Shown piece after piece: positions 1-9,134 of a DNA stretch of 64,000 nucleotides. The stretch covers positions 101,607 to 165,606 of the IMG/VR virus record IMGVR_UViG_3300032242_003148. The stretch is one strand, 5' to 3'. Position numbers and translations under genes: made by a program. The notes under the pieces are model-generated. The model worked only from the letters and a program-made list of their open reading frames with translations, did not search any database and was not told where the DNA came from. How positions within the stretch are numbered: position 1 is the first letter of the stretch; each line of letters opens with the position of its first letter. This stretch comes from a virus.

Positions 1-441
1 TTGCTCAGCAAATCCTACGTTTGTACCCACCACAGTAACAACAATTGGCATCTCTAATATACTAAGTTTCGCCTTTTCGGAATTTCTAGAATCCCCACCT
101 ATCTGCTGATTAAACGTAGGATAATTATATTTAGCCTCGCCTCTGCTAACAAACACTGCAGGTCTTTTTTGTACAACGTCGTCTTTATAGTTATATGCTA
201 GATCCAAAAATACTTCAGACTTTTTAGGGTCTCTATGGTATCTTTGAGAAAATACAAATCCTTGAGCCCTTGGATCGTTGGCAAGCATGTAGTTAGCTGC
301 CATCTCATAACAAATGTTCTGAACTGTCCATGGGGTTAATACCAGGTTCTTACTGCTGGTTTCTTCTGGGGTAGGGGTATCCCTTGTAAACGGCGATACA
401 TAACCAACTAGGGGAGGACATGATAAATCTTCGTTACTCAT
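1..441 (-). CDS. Partial (runs off window) neck/tail-completion-like protein
   Basis: Open frame from ATG 441 to window edge (MSNEDLSCPP...KRPAVFVSRG...), absent from ORF track; follows adaptor/closure genes. Confidence 0.55.
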   Translation of the reverse strand, partial: MSNEDLSCPPLVGYVSPFTRDTPTPEETSSKNLVLTPWTVQNICYEMAANYMLANDPRAQGFVFSQRYHRDPKKSEVFLDLAYNYKDDVVQKRPAVFVSRGEAKYNYPTFNQQIGGDSRNSEKAKLSILEMPIVVTVVGTNVGFAEQ

Positions 442-1243
442 ATAAATCAACAGGCACTTGAATTTGATATATGGTATCAGTGGGCGGGATCAAGCGCAAT
501 GTTACTTTCTGGCTTACTGGAATGCCTGTGCCTGGAAAATAAGTTATACCCTTAGCTAGCACATCATATCTAAATCCATCTATATTCGTGCATATTACAT
601 CTCGTACATCTAATGATGGATAGCCTGGAAATCTTGCTATTGTGTCTGCAGTTTCTTTTACACCTAACCCTTGAGGGTCCATCTGTTTATCAAGCTGTGC
701 AGTATCTATTACATAGCTACATGGCACAGGAGAAAAGTATCCACCCTCTATACCAATACCAAAATCCGCTGTTCTTTCATCAGCGATAGATACCCCTGAT
801 ACAGGGTCTACTGTGGGTGTCGCCACAGCGCCATATGATTTTTTCTTTAATAACCAGGCTTCATGACCTGCGAATCTAGATAATAAAAATTCTTTTCTTA
901 GTATCTCACTAGCCATTGCATATCTGCGTTGCTCTGTGGTGGTATGCCCAAAAATAATAGAGTTAGAATAATATGTCTGTTTGTCTCCTGTGGTTAATAC
1001 AATCCTATAATTATAATTCAAACTCCAAGATTGCTTTTGATTAGAATTATCAATTGCAAAAAAATTATCTCCCACTTCAACCTCGTAGCTTATCTCGCTA
1101 AAGTCAAGAGTCTGACTTACCTGCAGTTTAAAATTATAAGGTAGTGGTGCATTGAAAAATGGATCTAATTCCCACTGAACAAAATGCCCCCTGACAAAAT
1201 CAGGGATCATAAACAGCTTGGAAAATACTTCTGCGACGTACAT
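434..1243 (-). CDS. Putative head-closure/neck protein with N-terminal beta-sandwich
   Basis: 269 aa, beta-rich, YP-x-L-x-x-RD motif; position between adaptor and tail-completion-like genes. Confidence 0.5.
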   Translation of the reverse strand: MYVAEVFSKLFMIPDFVRGHFVQWELDPFFNAPLPYNFKLQVSQTLDFSEISYEVEVGDNFFAIDNSNQKQSWSLNYNYRIVLTTGDKQTYYSNSIIFGHTTTEQRRYAMASEILRKEFLLSRFAGHEAWLLKKKSYGAVATPTVDPVSGVSIADERTADFGIGIEGGYFSPVPCSYVIDTAQLDKQMDPQGLGVKETADTIARFPGYPSLDVRDVICTNIDGFRYDVLAKGITYFPGTGIPVSQKVTLRLIPPTDTIYQIQVPVDLYE

Positions 1244-1244
1244 A

Positions 1245-1466
1245 TTATTTTCTTATTTGCAGCACCATACTCATTATTTCCTTAGCCATCAAACCTACTG
1301 GAGATGTATTATTAGATACCGTTGACGCCCCTATTAATATTTTGTTAACGGGGTTTTTTTTAACTTGAGCGGCCAAGATAGCCCTGGTTAACGGGCCATA
1401 TTTATCTGAGCTTTGCTCTATCGCCGAACCTAACTTATTTAATGAAGCTATAAATTGATTATCCAT
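1245..1466 (-). CDS. Hypothetical protein
   Basis: 73 aa ORF packed 1 nt from both neighbours. Confidence 0.6.
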   Translation of the reverse strand: MDNQFIASLNKLGSAIEQSSDKYGPLTRAILAAQVKKNPVNKILIGASTVSNNTSPVGLMAKEIMSMVLQIRK

Positions 1467-1467
1467 A

Positions 1468-1914
1468 TTAGCCTATATTGCGGAAAAGATATTCGGAGTG
1501 CTTTGTTCCGTAGACCTGTGCAATATTATGGCTAATTCTGATGTTCTTTGCTAATTCTTTAAATTCATTCCAAAGCTCACCTCCGAGTTGGCCAAATATC
1601 TGTGCCTTATCCTTATCATTAATTTGAACACCGTCTGCAGCGTAGCTAAATTGATTACCTGCCTCATTAATAGATGCTGAGCGAAGTAGATAGCCTGCGG
1701 TACCCAACATTAATAGAGCCCTGAATGGAAAATTCTCTATGGTGTAGAACGTACCTATTGGTGGAGGCATTAAATTATAATAGTCCACAGTATTAATCAT
1801 TGCCTGATTAATCATCTCTGGAGTCCAACGAATACCTAAGATGAGCGGGTTTAATTCCGCCCTGTCCATCATGAACAGTCTTATTTCCTCGGGAGTAATA
1901 ATAGAAGTAGCCAT
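1468..1914 (-). CDS. Putative head-tail adaptor
   Basis: 148 aa helical protein (EEIRLFMMD...FSYAADGVQIND) downstream of the capsid gene; synteny. Confidence 0.6.
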   Translation of the reverse strand: MATSIITPEEIRLFMMDRAELNPLILGIRWTPEMINQAMINTVDYYNLMPPPIGTFYTIENFPFRALLMLGTAGYLLRSASINEAGNQFSYAADGVQINDKDKAQIFGQLGGELWNEFKELAKNIRISHNIAQVYGTKHSEYLFRNIG

Positions 1915-1915
1915 A

Positions 1916-2146
1916 TTATTTTATTTTAGGATTCTTTAAATCAGTTAATGGCTTAGGTGCAGCTCCAGATGTTGTGGTATTTCCTCCAGGACTTACCGGA
2001 GAAGAAGAAATAGGCATTCTTTTAAGAGGCTGAGCATTGTGTATCTGGGGAGAAATTAAATTATTCTCAGGTGCGGTCTCTTGTGAGCTTCCTGTAGCCA
2101 ATTCTGCGTGCTTTAAAAAACTATCAAGTACATCTATGGAATTCAT
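1916..2146 (-). CDS. Small low-complexity protein with FLKHA leader
   Basis: 76 aa; own promoter TTCACA-17-TATAAT 6 nt upstream of ATG. Confidence 0.6.
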   Translation of the reverse strand: MNSIDVLDSFLKHAELATGSSQETAPENNLISPQIHNAQPLKRMPISSSPVSPGGNTTTSGAAPKPLTDLKNPKIK

Positions 2147-2152
2147 AATTAC

Positions 2153-2181
2153 ATTATAGCTTTACGCACATTAGTTGTGAA
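2153..2181 (-). promoter_or_regulatory. Sigma70-type promoter, likely leaderless transcript
   Basis: TTCACA(2181-2176)-17 nt-TATAAT(2158-2153), 6 nt before ATG 2146. Confidence 0.6.
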
Positions 2182-2195
2182 TACAAATAACCTAT

Positions 2196-2228
2196 AAAAA
2201 GATTAGGGGGAGCCGAAGCTCCCCCTAA
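2196..2228 (-). terminator. Intrinsic terminator after major capsid gene
   Basis: TTAGGGGGAGC-TTCG-GCTCCCCCTAA followed by TCTTTTT. Confidence 0.9.
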
Positions 2229-2254
2229 GACTTTATTTAACTCTGTAGTTAAGC

Positions 2255-3211
2255 TTACTTGAAGGTAACCTTTACTGCGCCCTTCACGTTACCGATTGCG
2301 AGGGAGATGTTCAGGTACTGGAAGTACTCAAGGAAGTATGCTTCGTTCTTCATGAACACTGTGAGCGGCTGGAGCCTGTAGTACTTACCTAAGAACTCCT
2401 CAGAAGAGAAGAGATAGATAACACCATCAGGAACGAGATCACGCTTGATTGTGTAGATGGGCTTCACACCAAGAAGAGTCTTGGAGGGGAGACCATTAAC
2501 AAACATATCCTGGGCGAGATCACCACCAACTTCCGAGCGACCCATTTTCACGAAGTCGTCAGCAGTTACTGTGTTCATCAGCATAACACCCTTGCTCTCA
2601 CCGCCATCTGGCTGTGAAGGACCAAAGGGAACCTGGAGGCGCTTGATAACCTTGAAGGCTTCTGCAACAGTCTCACGTGTGATACCACCGGAGATGCTAA
2701 CGTTCTGAGGAAGGCTCAGGCCGTTTGCGCTGTTAGCTGTATCGGGTGAACCGATATTGCTGTTAATAGTGTTGATGAAGCTGGTGTCGATCTGAGTAGC
2801 GATGTCCTTGGTGCTGAGTTCGAGCATGATTGCACGAATATCATAGTCATAGGTACGAAGCTTATCGATGTCCTTGTTATACTTAGGTGACACGATGCGG
2901 CTGAAGTACGAAGGATAACGTGTACCCTTGAACTGGAAGGCATCAGGAACAACACCGAGGGGGACTGTCACAGCGGGGGCTGTATCAGGCTCACGGTCGT
3001 TCCACTTAACAAGGAGCTCAGGATCCTGGGCCTTGTCGAGCTCATCATTGCTGAGATCAATAGGGGTGAGGATCTTTTCTGCGAAGCTTTCTTCACGGAG
3101 TTTGTTGCGGGTGAACTGCTGGGCGGAAACAGCTGCCTGCTTCTCTTGTCCAGCCTTTACCATCTCAACGAATGTGTCGTTGAACACTTTTTGGTCGGCG
3201 ATTTTTTCCAT
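2255..3211 (-). CDS. Major capsid protein (HK97-like fold)
   Basis: 318 aa; order protease-scaffold-decoration-capsid-terminator-adaptor; biased codon use typical of a highly expressed gene; C-terminal G-A-V-K-V-T-F. Confidence 0.8.
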   Translation of the reverse strand: MEKIADQKVFNDTFVEMVKAGQEKQAAVSAQQFTRNKLREESFAEKILTPIDLSNDELDKAQDPELLVKWNDREPDTAPAVTVPLGVVPDAFQFKGTRYPSYFSRIVSPKYNKDIDKLRTYDYDIRAIMLELSTKDIATQIDTSFINTINSNIGSPDTANSANGLSLPQNVSISGGITRETVAEAFKVIKRLQVPFGPSQPDGGESKGVMLMNTVTADDFVKMGRSEVGGDLAQDMFVNGLPSKTLLGVKPIYTIKRDLVPDGVIYLFSSEEFLGKYYRLQPLTVFMKNEAYFLEYFQYLNISLAIGNVKGAVKVTFK

Positions 3212-3232
3212 ATTATTATATATCCTTGTTAA

Positions 3233-3721
3233 TTAGGCTGCGAGTAATTTGACACCGAGGAAAGCCTTAACAGCTCCTACAGTTGCACCTGTGCTAGTGT
3301 CAGGAAGGGTACGAATACCTTCAACCGTACCAATTAACTTGGCATTGGTGGATGTTGTGGACAACACACCAGCTGTGGTTGCGTAGAGACGCGTACCGAT
3401 AGGATAGTTTGTTGCATTGACTGCAGAATCTGTTGCGCTGCTGTCTACCTCGAGAACTGTGTCTCCGGAGACCAGATAGATACCAATGGATCCTGTTGCG
3501 ACTGCATCACCGTCACCGAGGCCGGTGGAAGTGCTGTAGGTATTTAATGAAAAGCCAACTAGGTCGTCTGCAGGGGAACCGGAAACACCTAAGGCGGCGG
3601 TACCATCTGTCTTGACGCGGACTACTTGGCCTGCGATTACTGACTGACTAGCGGCGAGCGTGGCAACCTTATCGGCTTGGCCTAAGCTCAGGGCTGGTCC
3701 TTTTTTGAAGTTAATAGCCAT
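3233..3721 (-). CDS. Capsid decoration/cement protein
   Basis: 162 aa from MAINFKKG (ATG 3721); Gly/Ala/Thr-rich beta protein directly upstream of capsid gene. Confidence 0.6.
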   Translation of the reverse strand: MAINFKKGPALSLGQADKVATLAASQSVIAGQVVRVKTDGTAALGVSGSPADDLVGFSLNTYSTSTGLGDGDAVATGSIGIYLVSGDTVLEVDSSATDSAVNATNYPIGTRLYATTAGVLSTTSTNAKLIGTVEGIRTLPDTSTGATVGAVKAFLGVKLLAA

Positions 3722-3830
3722 ATTTTTGTTTTTTGTTTGTTGTTGTTTGATTTTGGTTTTCGCTTCTGCGCCCTCATACCGGTACCGATCAAGGTAACAC
3801 AAGTCGCATTGCCGAAGTTTTGTATATTTA

Positions 3831-3859
3831 ATTATTACAAAATTGTTTTATAGAGTCAA
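3831..3859 (-). promoter_or_regulatory. Sigma70-type promoter for decoration/capsid genes
   Basis: TTGACT-17 nt-AATAAT with upstream TG. Confidence 0.55.
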
Positions 3860-3870
3860 ATAAATAAAAT

Positions 3871-4263
3871 TTATTCGTCTAGAAGATTGTAGTTAGCATC
3901 ATAGCCAAATGCCTTACGCATTACAGGATCTGAGTTATCTCCAGCGGTTTTAACAGAGGCTACTTCGCCAAATGTTGAAACGTCTGAAGCTTCGCAAACC
4001 TTTTGAATGATTGTGGCGAGATACTTATGATCTTCTTTTGCTTTCTTGATGAATCTGCGCTTGTCATATTCATCGTTGATAAAATCGGAGTCATAAAGAG
4101 CGTTAGCAGCTAACTTGAGTGCGTGATTAAATTCTTCGTCGCGCTCTTCGAGTTCTGCGGCTCTTTTTTCATGAACGCTAGAAAGCTCAGCCTTGAGACT
4201 TTGGATCTCTGATTGAGCTTGCTTTACAAACTCCTCAATTTTGCTGAGCATTTCTTTGTCCAT
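3871..4263 (-). CDS. Coiled-coil head assembly protein
   Basis: 130 aa helical; KQA/KRA/KTA sites; between scaffold and capsid genes. Confidence 0.6.
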   Translation of the reverse strand: MDKEMLSKIEEFVKQAQSEIQSLKAELSSVHEKRAAELEERDEEFNHALKLAANALYDSDFINDEYDKRRFIKKAKEDHKYLATIIQKVCEASDVSTFGEVASVKTAGDNSDPVMRKAFGYDANYNLLDE

Positions 4264-4402
4264 TTTCGTTACTGGTTCCCTCTAAGAGGATTAAACTTTC
4301 TATATATTCTAAAACTTTTCTCTTGTCCGCGTCTGTTAGTTGAGTAAGAGCCTTCAGGGATTCTAGTTCTAAAGAGGATTGGACTCCTGTAGAACTATCC
4401 AT
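4235..4402 (-). CDS. Small hypothetical protein (55 aa)
   Basis: MDSSTGVQSSLELESLK...; fills gap in operon; below ORF-track cutoff. Confidence 0.45.
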   Translation of the reverse strand: MDSSTGVQSSLELESLKALTQLTDADKRKVLEYIESLILLEGTSNENGQRNAQQN

Positions 4403-4414
4403 AAAGGCTTTTAA

Positions 4415-5320
4415 TTACTTAGCAGCTTCGGTCTTGAGGCGCTCGAGAACAATGTTAGCTACTGACTCAGCCAGCTTTGTTTGAAACTCAACTGACTCAG
4501 CGGCCTGCTTCTCTTGAGCTTCCTTGCTGAGAACAGACTCAGCAAACTGAGAAAGTTCTGCAACCTTTGCCTTTAGTGCTTCGTTCTCCTGGGCGGCTTC
4601 TTCAAAAGCGGCCTGCTTAACAATCTCCTCGAAATAAGCTGCACCTGCGGCCTCTGCCTGCTTTTCTGTATCTGCAACCTTTTCTGTTTCTAATTCTTGC
4701 GCGGCTTGAGCGATGAGCATGTCAAGATCACGGCGACCAGCTTCCTTCATAAGAGTAGCTTCGTCAGCAACTGTCTCAGACGCAGTCTTTAAAAGGGCTG
4801 CGCAGAATTGGCGACCAAGTTCATAGGAAGCAACCTTGCTGGCGAGTTCAGAAACTTCATCAGAGGCTTTCTTTGCTTCAGCGGCAGGCTCTGCACTATC
4901 TGAGCTAGGCTTTTGATCACCTGTGGTCTGGGGGGTATTCTTATCAGCACCAACTTCGTTCTTGTTAGTGGTCTCGTGTTCATCCTTAACTGACTCAGGC
5001 TTGTCTGTGGCTGGTTCGCCAGTAACTGCGTCTTGAGCGTCAGCATGCTTGCGGATGATGTCTAAAATTTCGTTACCAAGAGTTTCTGCTGTTTTAGCTG
5101 CAGGCTCTGCGGAATCCTTGGAGGGGGCTTGATGATAGCTCTGAGCGAGGTTATCAGCACCAACGTTGTTCTTATTGGTGGTCTCGTGCTCTTCTTTAAC
5201 AGCTTCAGGCTTCTGGGAAGCGGGTTCACCAGTGACTGACTTCTGTGCCTCTTCGGCTTGCTTCTTAACCAGCGAGTGAAGCTGATTTAATACTTCGGCG
5301 TGTTTTGTTAATTTGCCCAT
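4415..5320 (-). CDS. Putative prohead scaffold protein
   Basis: 301 aa acidic/Ala-rich coiled coil, internal ~60-aa duplication, 15 K-x-A sites; lies between protease and capsid genes. Confidence 0.65.
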   Translation of the reverse strand: MGKLTKHAEVLNQLHSLVKKQAEEAQKSVTGEPASQKPEAVKEEHETTNKNNVGADNLAQSYHQAPSKDSAEPAAKTAETLGNEILDIIRKHADAQDAVTGEPATDKPESVKDEHETTNKNEVGADKNTPQTTGDQKPSSDSAEPAAEAKKASDEVSELASKVASYELGRQFCAALLKTASETVADEATLMKEAGRRDLDMLIAQAAQELETEKVADTEKQAEAAGAAYFEEIVKQAAFEEAAQENEALKAKVAELSQFAESVLSKEAQEKQAAESVEFQTKLAESVANIVLERLKTEAAK

Positions 5321-5382
5321 AATGTTATGTTCTCCTATTTTTTTATTTTAGTTTAGTTTTAGTTTTTTGTAAATAGCTAATA

Positions 5383-6351
5383 TTAATCTTTACTTGCTCT
5401 GCCTGCTGCGATTCCTGTTCCACCAACGGCTGCGGCACCTAGACCTAGCGAGATTCCTTTGTGCTTACTAGCGAGTTCTTTTGCATCATCTTTGAACCCC
5501 TTTAGCGCAGTCTTACCTCTGGTGAGTACGTTTGTTACAGCTTCACCTGCAGCATTAGCGAGTCCTGCTTCTTTAACAATAGCAAGAGTCTGAGCATCAG
5601 AGAGACCGTATTCACGTGCGCGCTCTACAATACCTTCGTAGTATGCTGCGGTCTTTTCTTCTTTTTCAGCCTTGGCTTTACAAGCCGCGCAGGTTCCACC
5701 ACAGTCGCAAGCTTTTTCTTCCTTTTCAGCCTTTTTCTCTTCAGCTACGGGAGCCTTGTTCTCACGGATCTTCTTTAAATCGTCAGCATCAATTTTACCA
5801 TTGTGATTAACATCTAACTTTTTCTGTCCACCAATTAATTCACTCTGCTTGAGCTGATTGAATGTTGTGGTAAAAGCTGTGTCATAAAGTTCAACAGCCT
5901 GCTTGAGACCTAAACCACGACCCAGAGCCTGCTCTAAGAATCCCTCAACATAGTTAGCGGATTTAATAAAATTAATTGCGCTCTGTTTGGCTAAAGCGGC
6001 CTCATCAGCTCCTGGCTGAGGGGCTAATTGCTCTGCCACATCAGGGTGCTGTGAAAGCTGCTGCTCAATCCCGGCGGCAACCCCAGGAATCTGCTCAGCT
6101 TCTTCACCATGTTCTGCCCCGCCACCATGACCATGAGTAACTTCAGCAATAAGCTGTTCTAGCTCCTCAGGAGAAAGTTGTGAAAGAAGCTTTTCAATTT
6201 CTTCTTCATGCGGAGTTTCAGAAGCTTCATGTTCAGGTGTGCCCTCTGGGGCTCCACCGCCATGCTGAGGAAGAAGTGCTTCAATTTGCTCTTCGTTCAT
6301 TCCGGCTTCATTCGCGGCTTTGATAAAGCCAGTTAAAAAATGTTTATTCAT
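5383..6351 (-). CDS. Mosaic head/internal protein with EF-hand-like loop and Cys knuckle
   Basis: FLTGFIKAA leader; DVNHNGKIDADD; CDCGGTCAAC; Gly-rich hydrophobic C-terminus. Confidence 0.6.
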   Translation of the reverse strand: MNKHFLTGFIKAANEAGMNEEQIEALLPQHGGGAPEGTPEHEASETPHEEEIEKLLSQLSPEELEQLIAEVTHGHGGGAEHGEEAEQIPGVAAGIEQQLSQHPDVAEQLAPQPGADEAALAKQSAINFIKSANYVEGFLEQALGRGLGLKQAVELYDTAFTTTFNQLKQSELIGGQKKLDVNHNGKIDADDLKKIRENKAPVAEEKKAEKEEKACDCGGTCAACKAKAEKEEKTAAYYEGIVERAREYGLSDAQTLAIVKEAGLANAAGEAVTNVLTRGKTALKGFKDDAKELASKHKGISLGLGAAAVGGTGIAAGRASKD

Positions 6352-6413
6352 ATGTTTTTCTCCAAGGATTGTTTTATATACTAGCTTATATTTATTTATG
6401 TTCCAAGTTTTTT

Positions 6414-7844
6414 TTAACGATTCTGGATCAGAGCGTTTAAAATAGTTTGATCGTCTAATTTACCGCTCTCATCCATATATCTCAGAGCCGCTAATTTATA
6501 GCTCAAATATTGTTGAGCTAATTCATCTGCAGCTGCATCTTTTTCGATCTCTTTCTTGTTAGGGGAAGCTTTTAAATCGCCAGGAATTCTCTTGATGATT
6601 GTAATGCGCATAACCCTACCATGAGCAGGCTGATCAAATAAAGAATGCCCTTCAAACAGACGACTGACAAGTCCTTTTATTTCCTTGGGAATTATTCCTA
6701 AGTCTGAAGGATCAAATTTTTCATTGTTAACAGCTCCCGCCTCTGAGTCTTCGTCCTCTTCCATATGAGAGAATCCAGAAGGTAAACGCTTCTTCATCTT
6801 ATCAATAATCTTTTCATCTTTTAATTTATCTCCGAAAAGATATTTAACAAAGTCTGCTGGAGAAAAAACAATACCATGATCAGCTAGGGCCTTTAATAGC
6901 TTGCTAGGATCTTGTTTGCGGAGCTCATCAATTGTTTCATCTGAAATACCATCAGCATGGTTAATCTTTGATGCTTCATGAGCAACATATTTCTCAGTAG
7001 AATCTTTGGGTCCCTTTGTTGCTATTCCCTCAAGATGCTTCTCCATTTCAGCTAACTTACCAACAAGTGCACGCTTATCGCTCGCCTTTTTAGAAATAAG
7101 AAAGTCGTTAGCCTCTGAAGGAGCTCTAAAGTCAGAATAAATTTGAAGATAGTCTGATGTAAGTTTAGGTGCGTATTCAGAAGCTAACTTAAGAGACATT
7201 CCGATTCTATCAGCAGGACGCCCAACAATAGATAACTCAAACCAATGAGGGTCTACGTTATCCATGCCACACATTTCTCCACGCTTGTTTAATTCACCTA
7301 TCTGGCTAGGAACGTGTTCACAACGTCCACGATCATCTTTGGCTTCGTGTCCGCACCATGTACAAACATCGCTAGCAACCTTTGCGGCCATAGAAACGTT
7401 GATCTGCTTGCCTTCTGCTAACTTTTGAATTTCTTCTGCACACTTATCATTATCTAAACCAACGATAAGCTCTATTCTCTTCATCTCAGGATTGTACGCC
7501 GCGGCTTTGATATTTCCGTACTTAGGATCATGTGGTTTGTTCTTGTGGTGACGGTTTAATGCCCTGCCATCATACTTACCATCTTTACCCTTAGAACCTG
7601 ACTTAACGAATGTCTTATAGTGCTCTAAACATTCAGCTTCTTTAAAAAGATCACCATTGCGGTTCTGGCCAATACCCTCATAAGCGCCAAGAGCAATAAC
7701 ATGCACGTCTGTTTGATTTGCTGTTTTTTCAACACGCAGCTCATCCTGCACAGCGGCTAACTTCTTCAAGTCAGCTGGTTCATTAACTATGTTTACAGGA
7801 GGAACATCGTAGTTCCAATCTGAGGTAGAATTAAATTTAATCAT
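6414..7844 (-). CDS. Prohead maturation protease (HK97/assemblin-like) with Zn-binding insertion
   Basis: NRNGD, RHH, VSM, ELSIVGRPAD motifs; CTWC...CEH insertion; synteny. Confidence 0.75.
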   Translation of the reverse strand: MIKFNSTSDWNYDVPPVNIVNEPADLKKLAAVQDELRVEKTANQTDVHVIALGAYEGIGQNRNGDLFKEAECLEHYKTFVKSGSKGKDGKYDGRALNRHHKNKPHDPKYGNIKAAAYNPEMKRIELIVGLDNDKCAEEIQKLAEGKQINVSMAAKVASDVCTWCGHEAKDDRGRCEHVPSQIGELNKRGEMCGMDNVDPHWFELSIVGRPADRIGMSLKLASEYAPKLTSDYLQIYSDFRAPSEANDFLISKKASDKRALVGKLAEMEKHLEGIATKGPKDSTEKYVAHEASKINHADGISDETIDELRKQDPSKLLKALADHGIVFSPADFVKYLFGDKLKDEKIIDKMKKRLPSGFSHMEEDEDSEAGAVNNEKFDPSDLGIIPKEIKGLVSRLFEGHSLFDQPAHGRVMRITIIKRIPGDLKASPNKKEIEKDAAADELAQQYLSYKLAALRYMDESGKLDDQTILNALIQNR

Positions 7845-9130
7845 TATTTAATGCGGTTAGCTTCTTCGAATTCACCACGAGAACGCAACATATTGCGCTT
7901 CCATTCGTTAATCTGTTCCTTGCCATAAACTTGATTTTGTAGCGCTTTTAACGCGGCATGGAGACCTAATCCTCCGGCAGCAATACCTCCACCAATCACG
8001 CCCGCGGGTCCCAAACGACGAAGCGTTTTACCTGCAGTTGTTCTAGCAAAGCTATTTCTAGCTATATCGTTAGCTAACATACTGCGATCACCGCCAACAG
8101 CGTTCTCAAGAACCTGTTTGATCATTTCGTGGCTCATATTCTCAGGATGCTGCTTACCTATTGTGGCGTTGATCCAATCACGCAATGGCTGGTCTTTATC
8201 CGGCAAGATCTGCCCTAAAATATTATGAAGTTTGGGGTGTTTCTCTAATAAGTCCCCAGTCAATACCTTCTCACGTAATTTTTCACCTAATCCAGCAAAA
8301 ACGGGGGACTTTAAATTTTTACCAGCGTCTCTTAGTCCTTTATGCGCTTCAGCGTATTCACCAAGCGCTAAATGTTCAGGAGTGCTATAGAGGCCATCTA
8401 AATATTGTCTAATTTTGGCAGACCTTAATTTGACCTCTTCTTCTGTTGCGGCTGTAGAATTAAGCAGCGATGCATATTCGTTTAAATACTTGTCTTTATC
8501 CCCTCCCAAAAGACCCATTTGCCTGAGGCGCTTAAGCATAGGAGTTTTTTCTATCTGCTGCTGTGCATCTGTGCGCAATTTAGGGTCTGCAGACTTTAAA
8601 TTTTCAATAATCTTGGCGTGTTCAGACATATCTGGAGTTGCCGACAGGGACCCAAACATGTTCAATACATGAGGATCTGTAACTGGAAGGCGCTTTCCCT
8701 CTTTGCCTACTGGAGCTAATTTTTCAAGCATGCTCTGCGCAGGATCACCTTTTCTGGTGTTGTATGCCGGCATCATCTTTTTGAGATTACCGCCCTGACG
8801 AACTGCGTTTACTAGAGGTACACCAGCAGCAACACCTGCGCCGATTGTTCCTGAATTAGCAAGAATATCTGAGGTTAATGCTTGTACGGGGTGTTTATCA
8901 TAGAAGGTCTCTGCCTTGTTATTCTTAAGTCCTGTTAGATATTCCAGCCCCACGGTACCTTTTCTAAAATCATCCTTAAGCTTATTAAGTCTTTCTTGGT
9001 CGAATTTATTTTTTGCCTCAGGAAGATTATGTAAATCAAGTAGTGGCGCAAGAGCTCTATAAAGCTCAGATTGCGTTCCAGCTTCGGGTGTATCTAATTC
9101 TCTTTGAAATGACGTAAGATCCTCTGGCAT
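7844..9130 (-). CDS. Putative internal virion protein with Gly-rich hydrophobic segments
   Basis: 428 aa; GTIGAGVAAG and GVIGGGIAAGGLG segments. Confidence 0.55.
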   Translation of the reverse strand: MPEDLTSFQRELDTPEAGTQSELYRALAPLLDLHNLPEAKNKFDQERLNKLKDDFRKGTVGLEYLTGLKNNKAETFYDKHPVQALTSDILANSGTIGAGVAAGVPLVNAVRQGGNLKKMMPAYNTRKGDPAQSMLEKLAPVGKEGKRLPVTDPHVLNMFGSLSATPDMSEHAKIIENLKSADPKLRTDAQQQIEKTPMLKRLRQMGLLGGDKDKYLNEYASLLNSTAATEEEVKLRSAKIRQYLDGLYSTPEHLALGEYAEAHKGLRDAGKNLKSPVFAGLGEKLREKVLTGDLLEKHPKLHNILGQILPDKDQPLRDWINATIGKQHPENMSHEMIKQVLENAVGGDRSMLANDIARNSFARTTAGKTLRRLGPAGVIGGGIAAGGLGLHAALKALQNQVYGKEQINEWKRNMLRSRGEFEEANRIK

Positions 9131-9134
9131 AATT

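Noticed and set aside
2457-3615. Antisense and alternate-frame ORFs over the capsid genes, and similar ones throughout the track
   Set aside because: Shadows of strongly coding frames with no motifs or initiation signals
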